This document shows, piece by piece, positions 1 to 14,053 of a stretch of DNA of 64,000 bases. Source of the DNA: Eledone cirrhosa. Lineage: Eukaryota. Where the stretch lies: positions 130,820,001-130,884,000 of the forward strand of contig OZ024742.1 of assembly GCA_964016885.1 (NCBI GenBank), written 5' to 3'. The notes below the pieces were generated by a model. That model saw only the letters and a list, made by a program, of their open reading frames with translations. It ran no database searches and had not been told where the DNA came from. The translations under genes were made by a program, and so were the position numbers. Position 1 is the stretch's first letter. The number at the start of each line of letters is the position of its first letter.

Positions 1-895
1 TAGAGGGCTGGTACGCAGCAGGTGCGACGACGCCCTCGGAGAAGCCCTAGACATGGAGGAGGACGAACTGGCCAGCCTGTTCGGTAGGACATTCAGCCCA
101 GGACCTATGGACAACTTCCAGAAGTCCCTGGCCTGGCAGTGCTACCGAGGGGCTTTACCCGTTCGAGAAAGGCTCTACAGACACGGGCGCCCGGGTAGGG
201 ACCCCGCCAAAAAGATCTGTCCCAGATGCGTGTGCGACGAGGAAACCGTTGCACACGCATTGGTACACTGCTCGGGCGTAGCCGATCTGTGGGGCTATGT
301 CGAACAACTGCTGTCAAGGGTGGGACCGATCCGGTTGACCACCGAGTCTATTGTAATGATCAAGCCGCCTCCCCCCTTCAAAGATGAAGCAGAGGCGGTG
401 TTTCTGTGCGTAATAGCCATGGCGAAAGAGGTTGTATGGTGGACGCGTCTGAAAGGACTGAGGTCGGGCACCTTTCTCTCTGGCCAACAACTGGTCCGTT
501 TCTTCCGATATCATTTCGGAAGAAGGATCAGGATGGAGAGAGAGGTGCTGCACCCCAGCCGTTTCTATGAAAGATGGGTGAAAGTGGCGAGAATGGCCCG
601 TGTGAATGGGCCTTCACTCTACATCAGACTATAGGTGAGGAAGATGAAAGACCAAGGGAGCACCCCTTCTCTGTGCTCCTGAGGAGAAGGGTTGCACACT
701 TTTTTCGGGGGTGTGTGCGACCCCCCAAGGCGCCTCCTCTCTATTGAGGATTTTGTTAAAAATTTTATTTTTTGTTATATCTTATTTTATTTTTATATTT
801 TGTTATTGCCTCCTCCTTATTGAGGACGCCTTTTGTGTAAACTCCCCCCTTTGTACTTGTCCCACTTTTGATGCCCTAGTGGCAAAAAAAAGAAA
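1..895 (+). mobile_element. Tx1/L1-clade LINE 3' end (C-terminal zinc-binding region of ORF2 plus 3' UTR)
   Basis: ORF 53-634 has CPRCVCDEETVAHALVHC (CCHC-type, zf-RVT-like) and is homologous to the ORF2 ends at 6.6-6.96 kb, 7.5-7.84 kb and 25.0-25.4 kb. It ends in A-rich aaaaaaaagaaa followed by (CTAC)n. Confidence 0.85.
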
Positions 896-898
896 TAT

Positions 899-1040
899 AC
901 CTATCTACCTACCTACATAACTAGCTACCTACCTACCTACCTACCTACCTACCTACCTACCTACCTACCTACCTACTTACCTACCTACCACCTATCTATC
1001 TAGCTATCGACCGTTCTAACTATTCATCTATTTATCTATC
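899..1040. repeat. (CTAC)n/(CTAT)n microsatellite
   Basis: Direct reading. Confidence 0.9.
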
Positions 1041-1042
1041 AT

Positions 1043-1214
1043 TATCGGTAGAGGGTCGGACGCCATGCTTTCCAGCATAGTTACGTCCCTTTACGATCTG
1101 AGTTCAAATCCAGCCGAGGTTGACTTTGCCTTTCATCCTTACGGGGTCGATAAAATAAAGTACCAGTAATGCACTGGGTAATTGCTGGCCTTGTGCCTAA
1201 AGTAGAAACAATTA
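1043..1214 (+). mobile_element. tRNA-derived SINE, 5'-clipped (resembles the octopus OK-type SINE)
   Basis: B-box-like gagttcaaatcc followed by the conserved body gaggttgactttgcctttcatccttacggggtcgataaaataaagtaccag; more than 10 related copies in the window. Confidence 0.8.
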
Positions 1215-1235
1215 TGTCTACCGACCAAGCTACCT

Positions 1236-2616
1236 GATTGATACGTGAGCCGAAGCAAATGTGCGCGGCCTTTCAGCGGCACTTTGCTCAACTGTTCGGG
1301 CAGGGCGGCGCGCCGGGAGGGGCTATGGATTTCGGTCCATACTTCGACGGCCTACTGCGACTCTCGGACAGCGAGGCAAAGTTCTGCGAAATGCCGATTT
1401 CGGCCGCTGAGATAGGGGACGCGCTGAGCCAATGCGGCAAACGCAAATCTCCAGGTCTCGACGGTCTACGCTACGAATTTTACGTAGCTATGCCGGACTT
1501 GTTCTCCGGTCTCCTGGAAGCGGTCTACTGAGAATTCCCAGTTCTGTGACCAAGGGCGTAATCACGTTAGTCAGGAAGGACGAGAATGAGGGGGATGACA
1601 TAGGCAACTTTCGGACCATAACTCTGCTCAACACAGAGTTACAGATTTTGGCCAAGGTGTTGGCAAAGAGGCTGGCGCTTGTCGTCGAAAACCTGGTGGG
1701 AGAAGCGCAGACATGCGCAATCCCGACCAGGTCCATACACGACAACCTCCACCTCATGCGATACATCATAGAGAGGGTAGGGTGTAAACCCGGCTTCGGT
1801 GGGGCCCTGATCAACTTGGACCAGTCTAAGGCTTTCGATAGGGTTGACCATCGTTATCTGGATGCGGTGCTCGAGGCGGCAGGCTTCGGACCCGTGTTCA
1901 GGGGCTGGATTGCTGCAATGCACAGCAGCAACATCTGCTCAAGGGTGAAGGTGAACGGCTACCTCTCGGAGCCGTTCCATATCACGCGATCTATCCAACA
2001 GGGATGCCCTCTCTCCTCCTTTCTGTACGTACTGACTCTCGAGCCACTACTGCGGAAGTTGGAGTTATTGCAGGGCATCCCTTTGGAATCGGGACTGCGA
2101 AAAGCGTAGACGACGTGACAGTAATGGTGTCGAGCACCTCGCAAATAGGGGAGATCGGCACCTTACTGAAGGAATACGAAAGGTTCACAGGAGCGAAGCT
2201 GACCCGGGACAAATCCGTCGGTTTGCAACTCGGAACGTGGAGAGGCAAACCGGTGCCTTCCGATGGCGTCATCGGACGCTGGACGGAAGGACCGGTAAAG
2301 CTGCTCGGGGTCTGGTTTGGTCCGGACCTCCAGGTGGAGAAGAACTGGAACGAAGTGACGGCCAAGATGTTTGCGCTTACCCAGAAGTGGGCCGAGTGCA
2401 AACCATCCTTGAAAGGTCGAGCGGAGGTGGCGAACATTTTTATAGCGTCCGTCATCTACTACCGCTTGACCGCCGTGCCTTGTCCAGCCAAAACGCTCAC
2501 CAAAATGGAGCGCGCGCTCTTCCAATTCCTTTGGAAGAAACGGGCTCCTTTGGTGAGAAGAACCATCTGCTGCCAATACCCTTCAAACGGAGGGCTAGGG
2601 ATGAGATGGCTGAGAT
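1236..2616 (+). mobile_element. Tx1/L1-clade LINE internal fragment (RT domain, frameshifted)
   Basis: KSPGLDG, FRTITLLNTE, LDQSKAFDRVDH, QQGCPLS and DDVTV motifs spread across ORFs 1238-2618. Confidence 0.9.
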
Positions 2617-5600
2617 GATGAGCAAATATTGACTTTCTCCAACGAGGAAAACAGTACGGAAGTGTTTCCGTACTGTTTAAAAGCGAGGGACTCGCCCCAA
2701 AACATTCTGTAACACCAATGGTGTTAAAAGCATTCACCTTTTTCCCTACGTACATGGGAAAAAGGACGCAAAAAAAAAGATATACCATCCAACAGCCAGA
2801 GACTGATATGATTTTTTCGATACGAAAGTCTATTAGACAAAGGTGGGCGGGTACTGATTTGGAGATTCTGATTCAAATGAGGCCGGAGAGAATCTCCAAA
2901 ATACCCGAAAAAGTCGTCATCGACGACGACAACAACAAAACAAACATTACGGTGGAGGGTTGAAAACTTCATTGCTTTCGCTGTGGTAGCACAGCATACC
3001 TAAAGGCCTCCTGTCCTTCACAAACACATCACAACATCATTAAAAAAACACTATTACCAACACCAACACCAAAAACAACCACCACCATAAGTACAACAAC
3101 AGACGTAACGAGCAAACACACCAAAACAAACATCCACTCAACCAACAACAGAAAAAACACAGTCAACACGCCTGACACCCAACCCCATCCCACTCCATCA
3201 AACACTACCACAAACGCACACACCGAAACACCGCCACCACACAACATACCCCTACCCCACACTCCTGACGATGATTATTCATTGACAGATGAAGCTGCTT
3301 CTTCTTTACGTGAAGAAGAAGGAGAGCCTCGGAAATCTAAAAAACAAAAAAAGAGACACCACAAAACCCCCAAAACTCCAATCACCAACACCAACACACA
3401 ACCACAGACACAAACAACAACACACACAACACCACAGTCAAACATCCCCCTACCAGCAAAACCAACACCAACACGACCCCAAACACAAGCACCCACCATA
3501 AAAAGAAAACTCCCGGACGAACAACAAACTAAAACAACACAACAAAAACACAAACAACAATACGCATACATCAACACAAACAACAAGAGTTTGATGGAGG
3601 TCATCTCCCAAAACCCCAAGGTGGAGACGGAGGGCAAAACTTTCGTCAAAGCAGAATCGTCTCCACACCTAAAACTAAGAAGGGTTTCAATAGAAACCTA
3701 TCAGAAATTGAAAAAACAGTTTTCGCAGGATGTTGGCAACCCCTGTCAAAAACCTATTAACCGCGTCCTATTAAAATGTTTCCCCACCCGACCCAACACC
3801 CCCACCAGAACTGAAGTGGAGATTGAACAACCCGATCTCCAGGAAACGAAAAGCTAAGTGCACCTTTTCGTCCTTTTCGCCAACTCTTCTCCACCAACAT
3901 GGCTAGTTTACGAATTGGAAGCGTGAATGTGCGTGGCCTAGGGATGCCCTGGAAACAGGGCCAACTTTTAAACGACCTTAGGTCACACGGTATGGATGTG
4001 ATAGCCATCACCTATTCCAGGATCCACAACAGGCAGCAACTAACGCCCATCTTCAACGACTTTGAGATCTACGCATCTCTCTGTCAGCCAGGAGGTGGAA
4101 GGGGAGTGGCTGTCATGTTTCGGAAGAACCTGGACGTCGAAGTACAGCAAGTACATTTGGACCCGGAGGGTAGACTGGTAGTCCTAGACGTGAACAGTAT
4201 CGGAGGTGGAGCCTTCAGACTGGTGGCCGTTTATGCCCCGACCGGGCTATCGCAATCACGGCCAGACTTTTTCTGGGAACAACTGGCCGATAGGTATGTT
4301 GGATTTCCCGACTGCATCACAGTGGACGTGGGCAAACCGCAGCGGGACTTCTAGAACGTATTTAGATAGGTTCTTCATTAGAGAAAGGGACAAGGAGATG
4401 TTAAGCTGTCTACGAATGCACATAGTTGCCTACTCAGATCACAAATTAGTCGTCTGCTTAGTCAACCGTGATAGAATACATAGACAGCGACCCGGATACT
4501 CGAAGCTGAACGTGTCGTTGCCGGCACGTAAAGCTTACAGTGAACGGATAAGTAGACTAGTCAAGCAACAGTTAACGGGAGCCATCGTCAACAATAGATG
4601 GTGGTACTCTCTCAAGAAAGCAATTAGAGTAGAATCGATAGAATTTAGTAGAGAGTTAGCCTTAGAGAAAAACAAAATAGAAAGAGAACTAGTAGCCAAG
4701 GTAGAGGAGGCACTTAGAAGTGGCAACGCGGCTAGAGTGTTAGCGTCGAGAACGGCACTAGACCAGTTCTTCGACGCGAAACACGAAGGCTGCGTGGTCA
4801 GATGCAAAACACGTGCTCTAGGAAACGAAGGAGCGAAAGCTGTCAGCTGGGCCCGAGTGGCGGAGGCAAAAAGTGGCAACAAGTCCACGATTCGGTCTTT
4901 GAAAGACCAAACGTACGCGTGCTACTTGACCCCAAGCAAATGTGCGCGGCCTTTCAACAACACTTTTCGCGACTGTTTGAGCAGAACGACGGTGAACCGA
5001 ACGGGGTAATGGACTTTAGTTTATACCTCGACGGCCTGCCGCGTCTCTCAAACACGGACGCCGAGTTCTGCGAAAGACGCTCTGGGCCGCTGCGGCCGCT
5101 CTGGGCCGCTGCGGGAAACGCAAGTCACCAGGTCTAGATGGTCTACCCTATGAGTTTTACATAGGCATGCCGGACTTGTTCTCTGGCGTCCTCGAAGCCG
5201 TCTACTGCAATTGGCAGCAGAACGGGAGAATTCCCAGTTCTGCAGGCAAGGGAGTAGTAACGCTGATCAGGAAAGACGAGAACAAGGGGGACGAAATTAA
5301 CAACTTCAGGCCCATAACTCTGCTCAACACAGAGTTAAAGATTTTGGCCAATGTGCTAGCGACGAGGTTGGCGCTTGTCGTCGAGAACCTGGTAGGGAAA
5401 GCGCAAACGTGTGCAATCCCGACCAGGTCCATACACGGCAACCTCCACCTCATGCGATACATCATAGAGAGGGTGGGTAGTAAACCAGGCTACGGTGGGG
5501 CTCTGATAAATGTAGATCAGTCTAAGGCATTCGATAGGGTCGACCATCGATATTTGGAAGAGGTTCTCAAGGCGGCCGGTTTCGGTCCCATTTTCAGAGG

Positions 5601-7195
5601 CTGGATCGAGGCGATGCACACCAGCATCTGCTCGAGGGTCAAGGTGAACGGCTACCTATCGGAGCCGTTCGCAATCACGCGTTCCATTCGACAGGGGTTC
5701 CCTCTCTCCTCCATTCTGTATGCATTGACTCTCGAGCCACTACTGCGGAAATTGGAGCTGTTGCAGGGCATCCCTCTAGAATCGGGACTGCGCAAAGCGG
5801 CGTCAGCTTATGCCGACGACGTGACGGTAATGGTGTCGAGCACCTCGGAAATCGGAGTGATCGGCAACTTACTGAAAGAATACGAAACGCTGATGGGAAC
5901 AAAACTACCCAGGACAAGTTTGTCGGTTTGTAACTCGGTACGTGGCGAGGCAAACCGATGACGTCTGACAGCGTCGTTGGAAGCTGGACGGATGGACCGG
6001 TGAAATTGCTCGGGGTCTGGTTCGGTCCAGACCTCCAGGTGGAGAAAAACTGGAACGAGGTCACGGCCAAGGTGTTTGCACTCACGCAGAAGTGGGCAGA
6101 GTGCAAACTGTTCTTGAAAGGTCGAGCGGAGGTGGCGAACACTTTCATAGCGTCCGTCATCTACTACCGCTTGACTGTCGTGCCTTGACACCGTGAACAC
6201 CTCGCCAAGATGGAACGCATGCTCTTCCAGTTTCTGTGGAAGAAACAGGCTCCGCTGGTGAGGAGATCCGTCTGCTGTCAGCACCCTTCCAACGGAGGGC
6301 TGGGAATGCCGTGACTGATGATGCTCAAACATGCGCTGAGGCTGCGGCATCTCCAGGTATTCCTCACCGACCCCCAGCCGGTGTGGGCACCGTTTGTGAG
6401 ACAGGCTTTCCCACAGCTCGTCTCGCTGACTGAACTGCAGTCCTGGGTCAAGAAAAGACCGAAAACGATGGGTGCCTGGCTCATTGAATGCGCTCAGGCA
6501 TCACAGTTCTCTGGCAAGCGGGCGCAGCAATCAGTGGAGACTCCAATTCGACATTCTATAGAGGGATTGTACGTTACAAGGGCGACGACTAGCTCGGAGC
6601 GACTCTGGGCGTCGAAGACGATGAGCTCACCAGTTTGTTTGGGAGGACTTTCCGCTCGGGACCTATGGACAACTTCCAGAGGTCCCTGGTCTGGCAGTGC
6701 TACCGAGGAGCTCTACCGGTTCGTGACAAGAACTACAGGCACGGACGTGCCGGCAGGGATCCTTCCAAGAGGACGTGTCTAAGACGCGCGCAGGACATTG
6801 AAACAGCAATTATACACTGCCCGGGCGTAACCGACCTGTCGAACTATGCAGAACAACTGCTGAGAGAGGCACTGCACCCCAGTAAATTTACTGAAAGGTG
6901 GGTGAATGAAGCGAAAATGACCCGAGTGATTGGGCCTTCTCTGTTTATAAGCCTGTAGATTGAAGAAGAGAGCAAAAGGAAGAAAGGAGCACTTGTACAA
7001 CACGCTCCTGGAGTTGAGAGTTGTTCTATCGACAGGGTATTAAACAACCCATTTGTGGTGCTTCCCTCCTCTTGGGGATTTCGATTGTTCTAATTGTTTG
7101 TTTTTATAATTTTTACACGACTGTATGTAAAATCCTCGGCATGTCTTTGTATTGTCCCCTTTTCTTGTGCGCCCTTGTGTCAAATAAAGAAATAT
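2617..7195 (+). mobile_element. Tx1/L1-clade LINE, 5'-truncated in ORF1; ORF2 (APE-RT-zf) disrupted
   Basis: ORF1 remnant has QRGKQYGSV and a degenerate zinc knuckle CFRCGSTAYLKASC (~2974), homologous to ORF1 at 20.9-21.3 kb. ORF2 starts MASLRIGSVNVRGL (3899) and contains YSDHK (APE), AFDRVDH and SAYADD (RT). 3' end is aataaagaaa at ~7183-7192. Confidence 0.9.
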
Positions 7196-7442
7196 ATCTA
7201 CTTACCTAATTATTAACATTCTCAACTACCTATCTACCTACCTATTTTCGTCTCATTCTTTTTCTACTTTCTTCCTTTCTTTCTTTTCTTTTCTTTGATA
7301 CTCTCTTTCTCTCCACCCTTCTTCCCACTTTTCCTTTCCCTCATTCTTAATTTCATTCTCTTATATCTTCTTTCATTTATATTTTCCTTTAATTCGTTCT
7401 CATTTAGTTAAGCAAGTTTTTCATTTTATTCCACATCATTTG

Positions 7443-8075
7443 TTGAGGAAACCGTCGCGCACGCATTTGTACTCTGCCCGGGCGTTACCGACCTGTGGGG
7501 CTATGTAGAACGACTATTGTCGCAGGTGGGACCAATCCAGTTGACCAACCACAGAGTCCATTGTTATGATCAAACCACCACCCTCCTTCAAAAACGAAGG
7601 AGAAGCGGTTTTCCTATGTGTTATGGCTATGGTGAAAGAGGTTATATGGTGGACGAGGTTAAAAGGGCTGAGGTCAGACACCTTTCTCTCCGGCGAACAA
7701 CTGATTCATTTTTCAAATATCATTTTGGAAGAAGAATCAGGATGGGAAGAGAGGTGCTGTACCCCAGAAAATTTTGTAAAAGGTGGGTGAATGTGGCAAA
7801 GATGGCCTGAGTGGTTGGGCCTTCTCTTTTTATAAGCCTGTGGGTTGAGGAAAAAGAGGAAGAGAGGAAGGGAGTACTCACTCTTGGTGCTCCTGGAGAT
7901 GAGGGTTGTATATTTTTTCGGGATGTGTACAACCCCTGTGTAACGCCTCCCCCTATTGGGGATTTCAATTGTTATTTGTTATTTTATTAATAGTTTTATT
8001 TTCATATACCGGTATGTAAACTCGCCATTTGTATTTGTCCCCTTCTTTTGTGCCCTTGTGGCTAATAAAGAAATT
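7443..8075 (+). mobile_element. Tx1/L1-clade LINE 3' fragment
   Basis: EETVAHAF..C, MIKPPPSFKNEGEAVFLCV and WWTRLKGLRS match ORF 53-634; ends aataaagaaa then (TATC)n. Confidence 0.85.
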
Positions 8076-8099
8076 TATCTATCTATCGTTTTCCGCTTT

Positions 8100-8319
8100 G
8101 CATTCTTTCTTTCTTTTGCTCTTTCTTTCTTTCTTTCTTTCATTTACTCTTTCTTTGTTTGTTTGTTTCTTTTTTTCTTTCTTTCTTTCTTTCATTAATT
8201 TACTCTTTATTTTTTTCTTTCATTCATTCATTTACTCTTTCTTTCTTTTGCTCTTTCTTTCATTCATTTACTCTTTCTTTCTTTCATTCATTCATTCATT
8301 TACTCTTTCTTTCTTTCGT

Positions 8320-8367
<48 letters not shown>

Positions 8368-8480
8368 TCATTCTTTTCCCTTTTTCTCTAATATTTTTTG
8401 TTTATTTCTTTCCTCATCTCTTTCCTTTCTTCTTTCTTTCTTTCCTTATCTCCTTCCTTCTTTCCTTCTACCTCTCTTTC
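8100..8480. repeat. (TTTC)n/(TTCA)n low-complexity tract
   Basis: Direct reading. Confidence 0.85.
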
Positions 8481-9054
8481 TCCTGGCTTTCTATCTTTCC
8501 CCCATCAATTCCACTCCCCCATATCACGGTCAATGATCGATAGACAATCACCAGATCTGACATCGGTGATTGATTACATTTGAAAAGATTAATTTAAGTC
8601 ATGTGACAGAGTTGCGTAGTAGTGTATAGTATGCTATGTGTGTATGTGTTTATGTGTGTTTGTGTGTGTGTGTTCGTGTGTGTGTTTGTGTGTGTGTGTT
8701 CGTGTGTGTTCTTGTCTGTGTTAGTGTTGTGTATATGTGTTTCTGTGTGTTTACATTTTTAGTGAGAATGTGTTATGTAAGTTTATACACACTCATGTAT
8801 ATATATATATATATTTATATATATGTATGTATGTTCTTCTGGTTTTATAATTTCACAAAGTTTTACCAATAGAGAGAGAATCGGTTTCTAACATAGACAC
8901 AAGACTCTCTCATTGGAATTTACACAACATCAACTAGGTAGGTATGTATGTATGCATGTGTAGATATGAATGTTATTGTATGTGTGGATGTGTATGTTTT
9001 GAGTTGTATGTGTGCATGTGTATATGCTTTGCATCTGTACATGTTTATATGCAG

Positions 9055-10110
9055 TTATTAGATGCAACATTTTTGGAATGTTTTACATATTTTTACTGTT
9101 CCATTAATGGATTGTACTTGTAATTTCCTAACTAGTTGTGTTCTTTCTGTTCCTGTGAAGCCTAGCTTCTCAAGATTTGTATTGAGGCAGTTACTAACAT
9201 ATCCCAGTGCCCCAACAATCACAGGCATAAATCTGAAGGTGATTTCTCATCAGTTCTGCATAAATATTCTCCTTTTCGCTAATCTTTGATATTATATTGG
9301 TATCTGCTGGGCAGCTAATTTCCACTACTGTGCATGCTTTCTTCTCCCTGTCCTATATCATAATATCTGGTCTGTTATGCCTGCATTTTATTGGGGTTTT
9401 TACTGGAACATTCCACCAGTACTCTTTCATATTATGTACATGGATGTCTTCCACATTGCTGTAGCTTTTAATGTGTTTATTATCGGGGTTATCCTTTTTA
9501 CGAACTGCATTGTACAGTGTTTTGGCCACTACATCATGCCTCATAGGTAGATAGTACCGCGATGACATCTTTGGACAGCTGCTGATGACATGGGTGATAT
9601 CCTCGATGTTAGTTCTGCAGAGTCTGCACTTGTTATCACATCTAGGTGTTTTGCCTGCACCCCTATCTCTTTTGTGAATCAGGTATTTCGTGTTAATCTC
9701 CTGTTCTTGGATTGCAAAAGCGTATCCTTCAAAGTGGGAGCCAATATAGCTGTTGTTGGTCCAAGATAGACTACTTTCCTTATCTATATTACTCTCACTC
9801 TGGAGCTTCCTGGCAACATATCCATGTATGATTTTTTGCTGATAAGTATGCAGTTTTTCATCCATGGATTCACTGCGATACTGCTGAGCAACTTCCCTGG
9901 GTGTGAGTTTTTGATTATCACACAGGGAATATCTCTCGAGGAGTTCCTTCCCAACTCTCATGATTTTATCTGTTTCATGCAGATAGACTTGCTCGAGAAA
10001 CGGGCTCCTACGCTTCGAGGTTCGTAGATGTTGTCGAAGAGATATGATGCGACATTCAAATGTTGTCTGGACTGATGTTAGGCCTCTGCCTCCCTGCTTA
10101 CGTATTTTGA
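9055..10110 (-). mobile_element. R4/Dong-clade (restriction-like endonuclease) LINE 3' fragment
   Basis: GGRGL at the 5' edge; ORF 9353-9961 has AIQEQ, CRLC..EDITHVISSC, RHD and RPDI motifs. Confidence 0.8.
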
Positions 10111-10182
10111 CTAAAGAAATTAAAGAAATTATTTAGCCTGATAGTGTGGTTAAGAACCCTCGGAGAAATGGAAAAAGATGAG

Positions 10183-10252
10183 TATTGACGTACATGGAAG
10201 TCGAACCCACATCTTTGGTTATCCAGACCACTGTGCTGCCATTACACCAACA
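10183..10252 (-). mobile_element. tRNA-like SINE head (second family)
   Basis: Minus strand reads tggtgtaatggcagcacagtggtctggataaccaaagatgtgggttcgacttcc (A-box and B-box like); second copy at 52520-52592. Confidence 0.5.
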
Positions 10253-10296
10253 CATCACCCATCTTATTCCATTCGAATTAGAAGCTATAATCTTAG

Positions 10297-10660
10297 CCAC
10301 CGCCACCACCACCACTACCACCACCGCCACTATAGCCACCACAGCCTTCACCACTCACCACCCCCACCCCCACCACCACTATCACCACTATTACCACCAC
10401 AACCACCATCACTACCACAACCATCATCATCACCACCACAACCACCACCACAACCACCACCACCACCACCACTATCACCACCACAATCACCATCACTACC
10501 ACAACCATCATCATCACCACCACCACCACCACCACCATTATCACCACCATTACCATTACCACCACCATTACTACCACCCTCACCACCACCACCACCACCA
10601 CCACCATCACCACCACCACCATCACCACCACTACCACCACCACTATAACCCCCCCCACCA
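10297..10660. repeat. (CAC/CAT/CAA)n trinucleotide tract
   Basis: Direct reading; source of the poly-His/Pro/Val pseudo-ORFs. Confidence 0.9.
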
Positions 10661-10827
10661 CACCAGCAACAGCAGTAGCAACATAGCAACTGACTGGACT
10701 TATAACGGCAGTCATTTTCTGCGCTTGAGTATTCTACATTCTCTATGAAGTTTATTCTCTCAGCACTTCGTATGTTCCAAAGTTCGAGGTTCGCACAGGA
10801 TGTTTATATATATATATATATATATAT

Positions 10828-10971
10828 AGGAAAAGAGTCAGGACCCCGACGGCTGAGCTCCAGCCGTTTCGACAGCTAGATCCGGGATCATGACTCTTTT
10901 CCTATTACCCACTCTACTACTCGAAGTATCGATTACTCTGCTGCATTATGGCCCACCTGGTTTCTTACCAC

Positions 10972-10976
<5 letters not shown>
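10828..10976. mobile_element. Small inverted-repeat remnant in (TA)n with a partial hammerhead 3' half; probable PLE pLTR footprint
   Basis: aggaaaagagtcaggacccc (10828) is inverted to gggatcatgactcttttcct (~10884-10903). The minus strand reads GAAAcggctg-gagct-cagccGTC but has no CTGAnGA. Confidence 0.35.
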
Positions 10977-11044
<68 letters not shown>

Positions 11045-11536
11045 ATATAAATGGGTGTTTAATACAACTGTACTTAGAAGAGTTCAAATATATAAGCAAC
11101 TTCCAGACACTCAACAGATGCAACTTTTCCTCATCACCCACCTTGTTGGCAGTGCAGTTTCGAGCATTAAGCCTGTACTGCACTTGGAACGCCAGTATAT
11201 GCAACAGATCGAATGATTGATCTATTGGTAGGATGCACGTAAGACAATAACAAAACAAAACAAAGAAAGGGCAAGAAAATTGACGGTAGTTTTTCGATAC
11301 ACATACATATATATGTATATATCCTTATATATAGGTAATTTACGTTCGCTATTCGGTATTAACAAGGATACATTTCTGTACAGTTTTCATTTTTAGAATG
11401 TTTGAGGTCAAATATTTAATAGTATAGAAGAAAATAAATCTAATGTAACTATGTGCTCTACTAAACTACATTGTATTGTTTTGCCTTTCAAATCTCTCAT
11501 GCTCATCCTCCCTGCTCTCTCTCCCTCTCTTTCACT

Positions 11537-11578
<42 letters not shown>

Positions 11579-11668
11579 ACATACACGCAAAATATACTTC
11601 ATGCACACATACGCTTATATATGTAACACACACACATATATATATACAGATATGCTTGTGGTTGCAGC

Positions 11669-11728
<60 letters not shown>

Positions 11729-11815
11729 CTTGTTGCACCCACAAGCCAGCACACATATACACAAGGCAGACACACATACATAAATAATCCCACAAATCAC
11801 CAGATCCCCCTCCCC

Positions 11816-11905
<90 letters not shown>

Positions 11906-12580
11906 ATCATCATCATCATCATCATCATCATCATGACCATCATCGTCATCATCATCAACAACAACAAATATACTAAGACTATAAACCACTCCAAAACCAA
12001 AATGGAAGAAAAACCGTCTGAACAGTTCCAGCGGCTAACATCTTAAAAGAAAATGTTTTGATTGACACGTGGAATGGATTTATTTGAGTTAAGACACTTA
12101 TCGTTTTGGTTGTTGTTGTTGTTGCTGTTGTTGTTGTTTAGCTACAAGAGTGTGGAGAAAGAATAGTTCTATGATCAAACGCAGTGAATATCTAGCCTTA
12201 CTTTTTCAGACTGTGTTAACCGATAGGTCTCTTTATTTCCAATAACTAGGTACAAATTAATGGATATTTGGCTGCTGTGTCTAGCCGGCTAAATTTCTTG
12301 AAATACTCTTTCCGAAAGGTTCGAAAATGTAACTATAGTTATCTCCCTTACCATCCTCCGAGTAAACGCCTTCTCCATTCTCTCCGCCGGGGCTGTGGGG
12401 AGGCCAGCACGTGGGACCCCATTTGTTCACCAGGCACAGTGATGGGCAGGGCAAGAGAGATGGAGGCGATGACAGTAGGAGTTCGGATCTTCCACGTCCG
12501 GACCATATCCTTGTGGTTGTGTTTATTATCTATGTAGCTAACCTGTACCCTTTGTTAAGTTACGATAACACTTAGTTAAA

Positions 12581-12861
12581 TAATTGTTTCTACTTTAGGC
12601 ACAAGGCCAGCAATTACCCAGTGCATTACTGGTACTTTATTTTATCGACCCCGTAAGGATGAAAGGCAAAGTCAACCTCGGCGGGATTTGAACTCAGATC
12701 GTAAAGGGACGTAACTATGCTGGAAAGCATGGCGTCCGACCCTTTAGTTAAATAATTGTTTCTACTTTAGGCACAAGGCCAGCAATTACCCAGTGCATTA
12801 CTGGTACTTTATTTTATCGACCCCGTAAGGATGAAAGGCAAAGTCAACCACGGCGGGATTT
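12581..12861 (-). mobile_element. Two tandem copies of the tRNA-derived SINE (12581-12743 and 12753-12861)
   Basis: Reverse complement of the 1043-1214 body. Confidence 0.85.
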
Positions 12862-13219
12862 AAATAATGTTCTTGAATATATTTAAATAACCACTACTCT
12901 ACTTGCAATATTAAGTAGTAATATTTTTACTGTGACAATTATATATAGTCCATAGTTCTACCTTGTTTATTTTGACCATGGTCGTTTGTAGATTTTTTCT
13001 TTAAGATTTGAAACAGCTGTATAGGATTAGTTTAGGTATAATAAGTAATGTAAGTAATACTTTTTATAGTCTGATTAGTTTTGTACCTGTCATATGTATT
13101 ACATTATATAATCATATTGTTTTCTTTGCAATATTCCTGAATAAGTGATTTCGCAACATATTTCTTTTCGAATCCTAATACCATTGAGGTTTTATAGAAC
13201 AATGAAATAAAGATGTTTT

Positions 13220-13620
<401 letters not shown>

Positions 13621-13791
13621 ATATATATTCGTGTTATTCGGGAAACCTCTGGTAATGAGGTAATTATACTGTATTGTTTATTATACATTAAATATATATA
13701 TATATATATATATATGAAAATTAGAGTTAAAACTCAATTGGAACCCTGTAACTATTAAGCTCCAAGTATAAAGTATAAATACTGAGCCGAT

Positions 13792-13985
13792 TAATAATAT
13801 ATAGTAAGAAACACAGTAAACCGTGTGTCTAAAATCACAAGGGTTGAAAAACTACATTTGTTTGAAATATTTAACCAAGAAGCAGACAGAATGATTCTGC
13901 TTCTTGGTTAAATATTTCAAACAAATGTGGTTTTTCAACCCTTGTAATTTTAGACACACGGTTTACTGTGTTTCTTACTATATAT

Positions 13986-13990
<5 letters not shown>
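13792..13990. repeat. ~95-bp fold-back inverted repeat with a 9-nt spacer, between (TA)n tracts
   Basis: 13792-13886 is the near-perfect reverse complement of 13896-13990. Confidence 0.9.

Positions 13991-14053
<63 letters not shown>

Noticed and set aside
1488-6484. Antisense ORFs over the LINE RT regions
   Set aside because: Shadow frames of GC-rich coding sequence with no independent motifs.
11140-11185. Hammerhead 3' half gaaactgcac on the minus strand
   Set aside because: No CTGAnGA core upstream.
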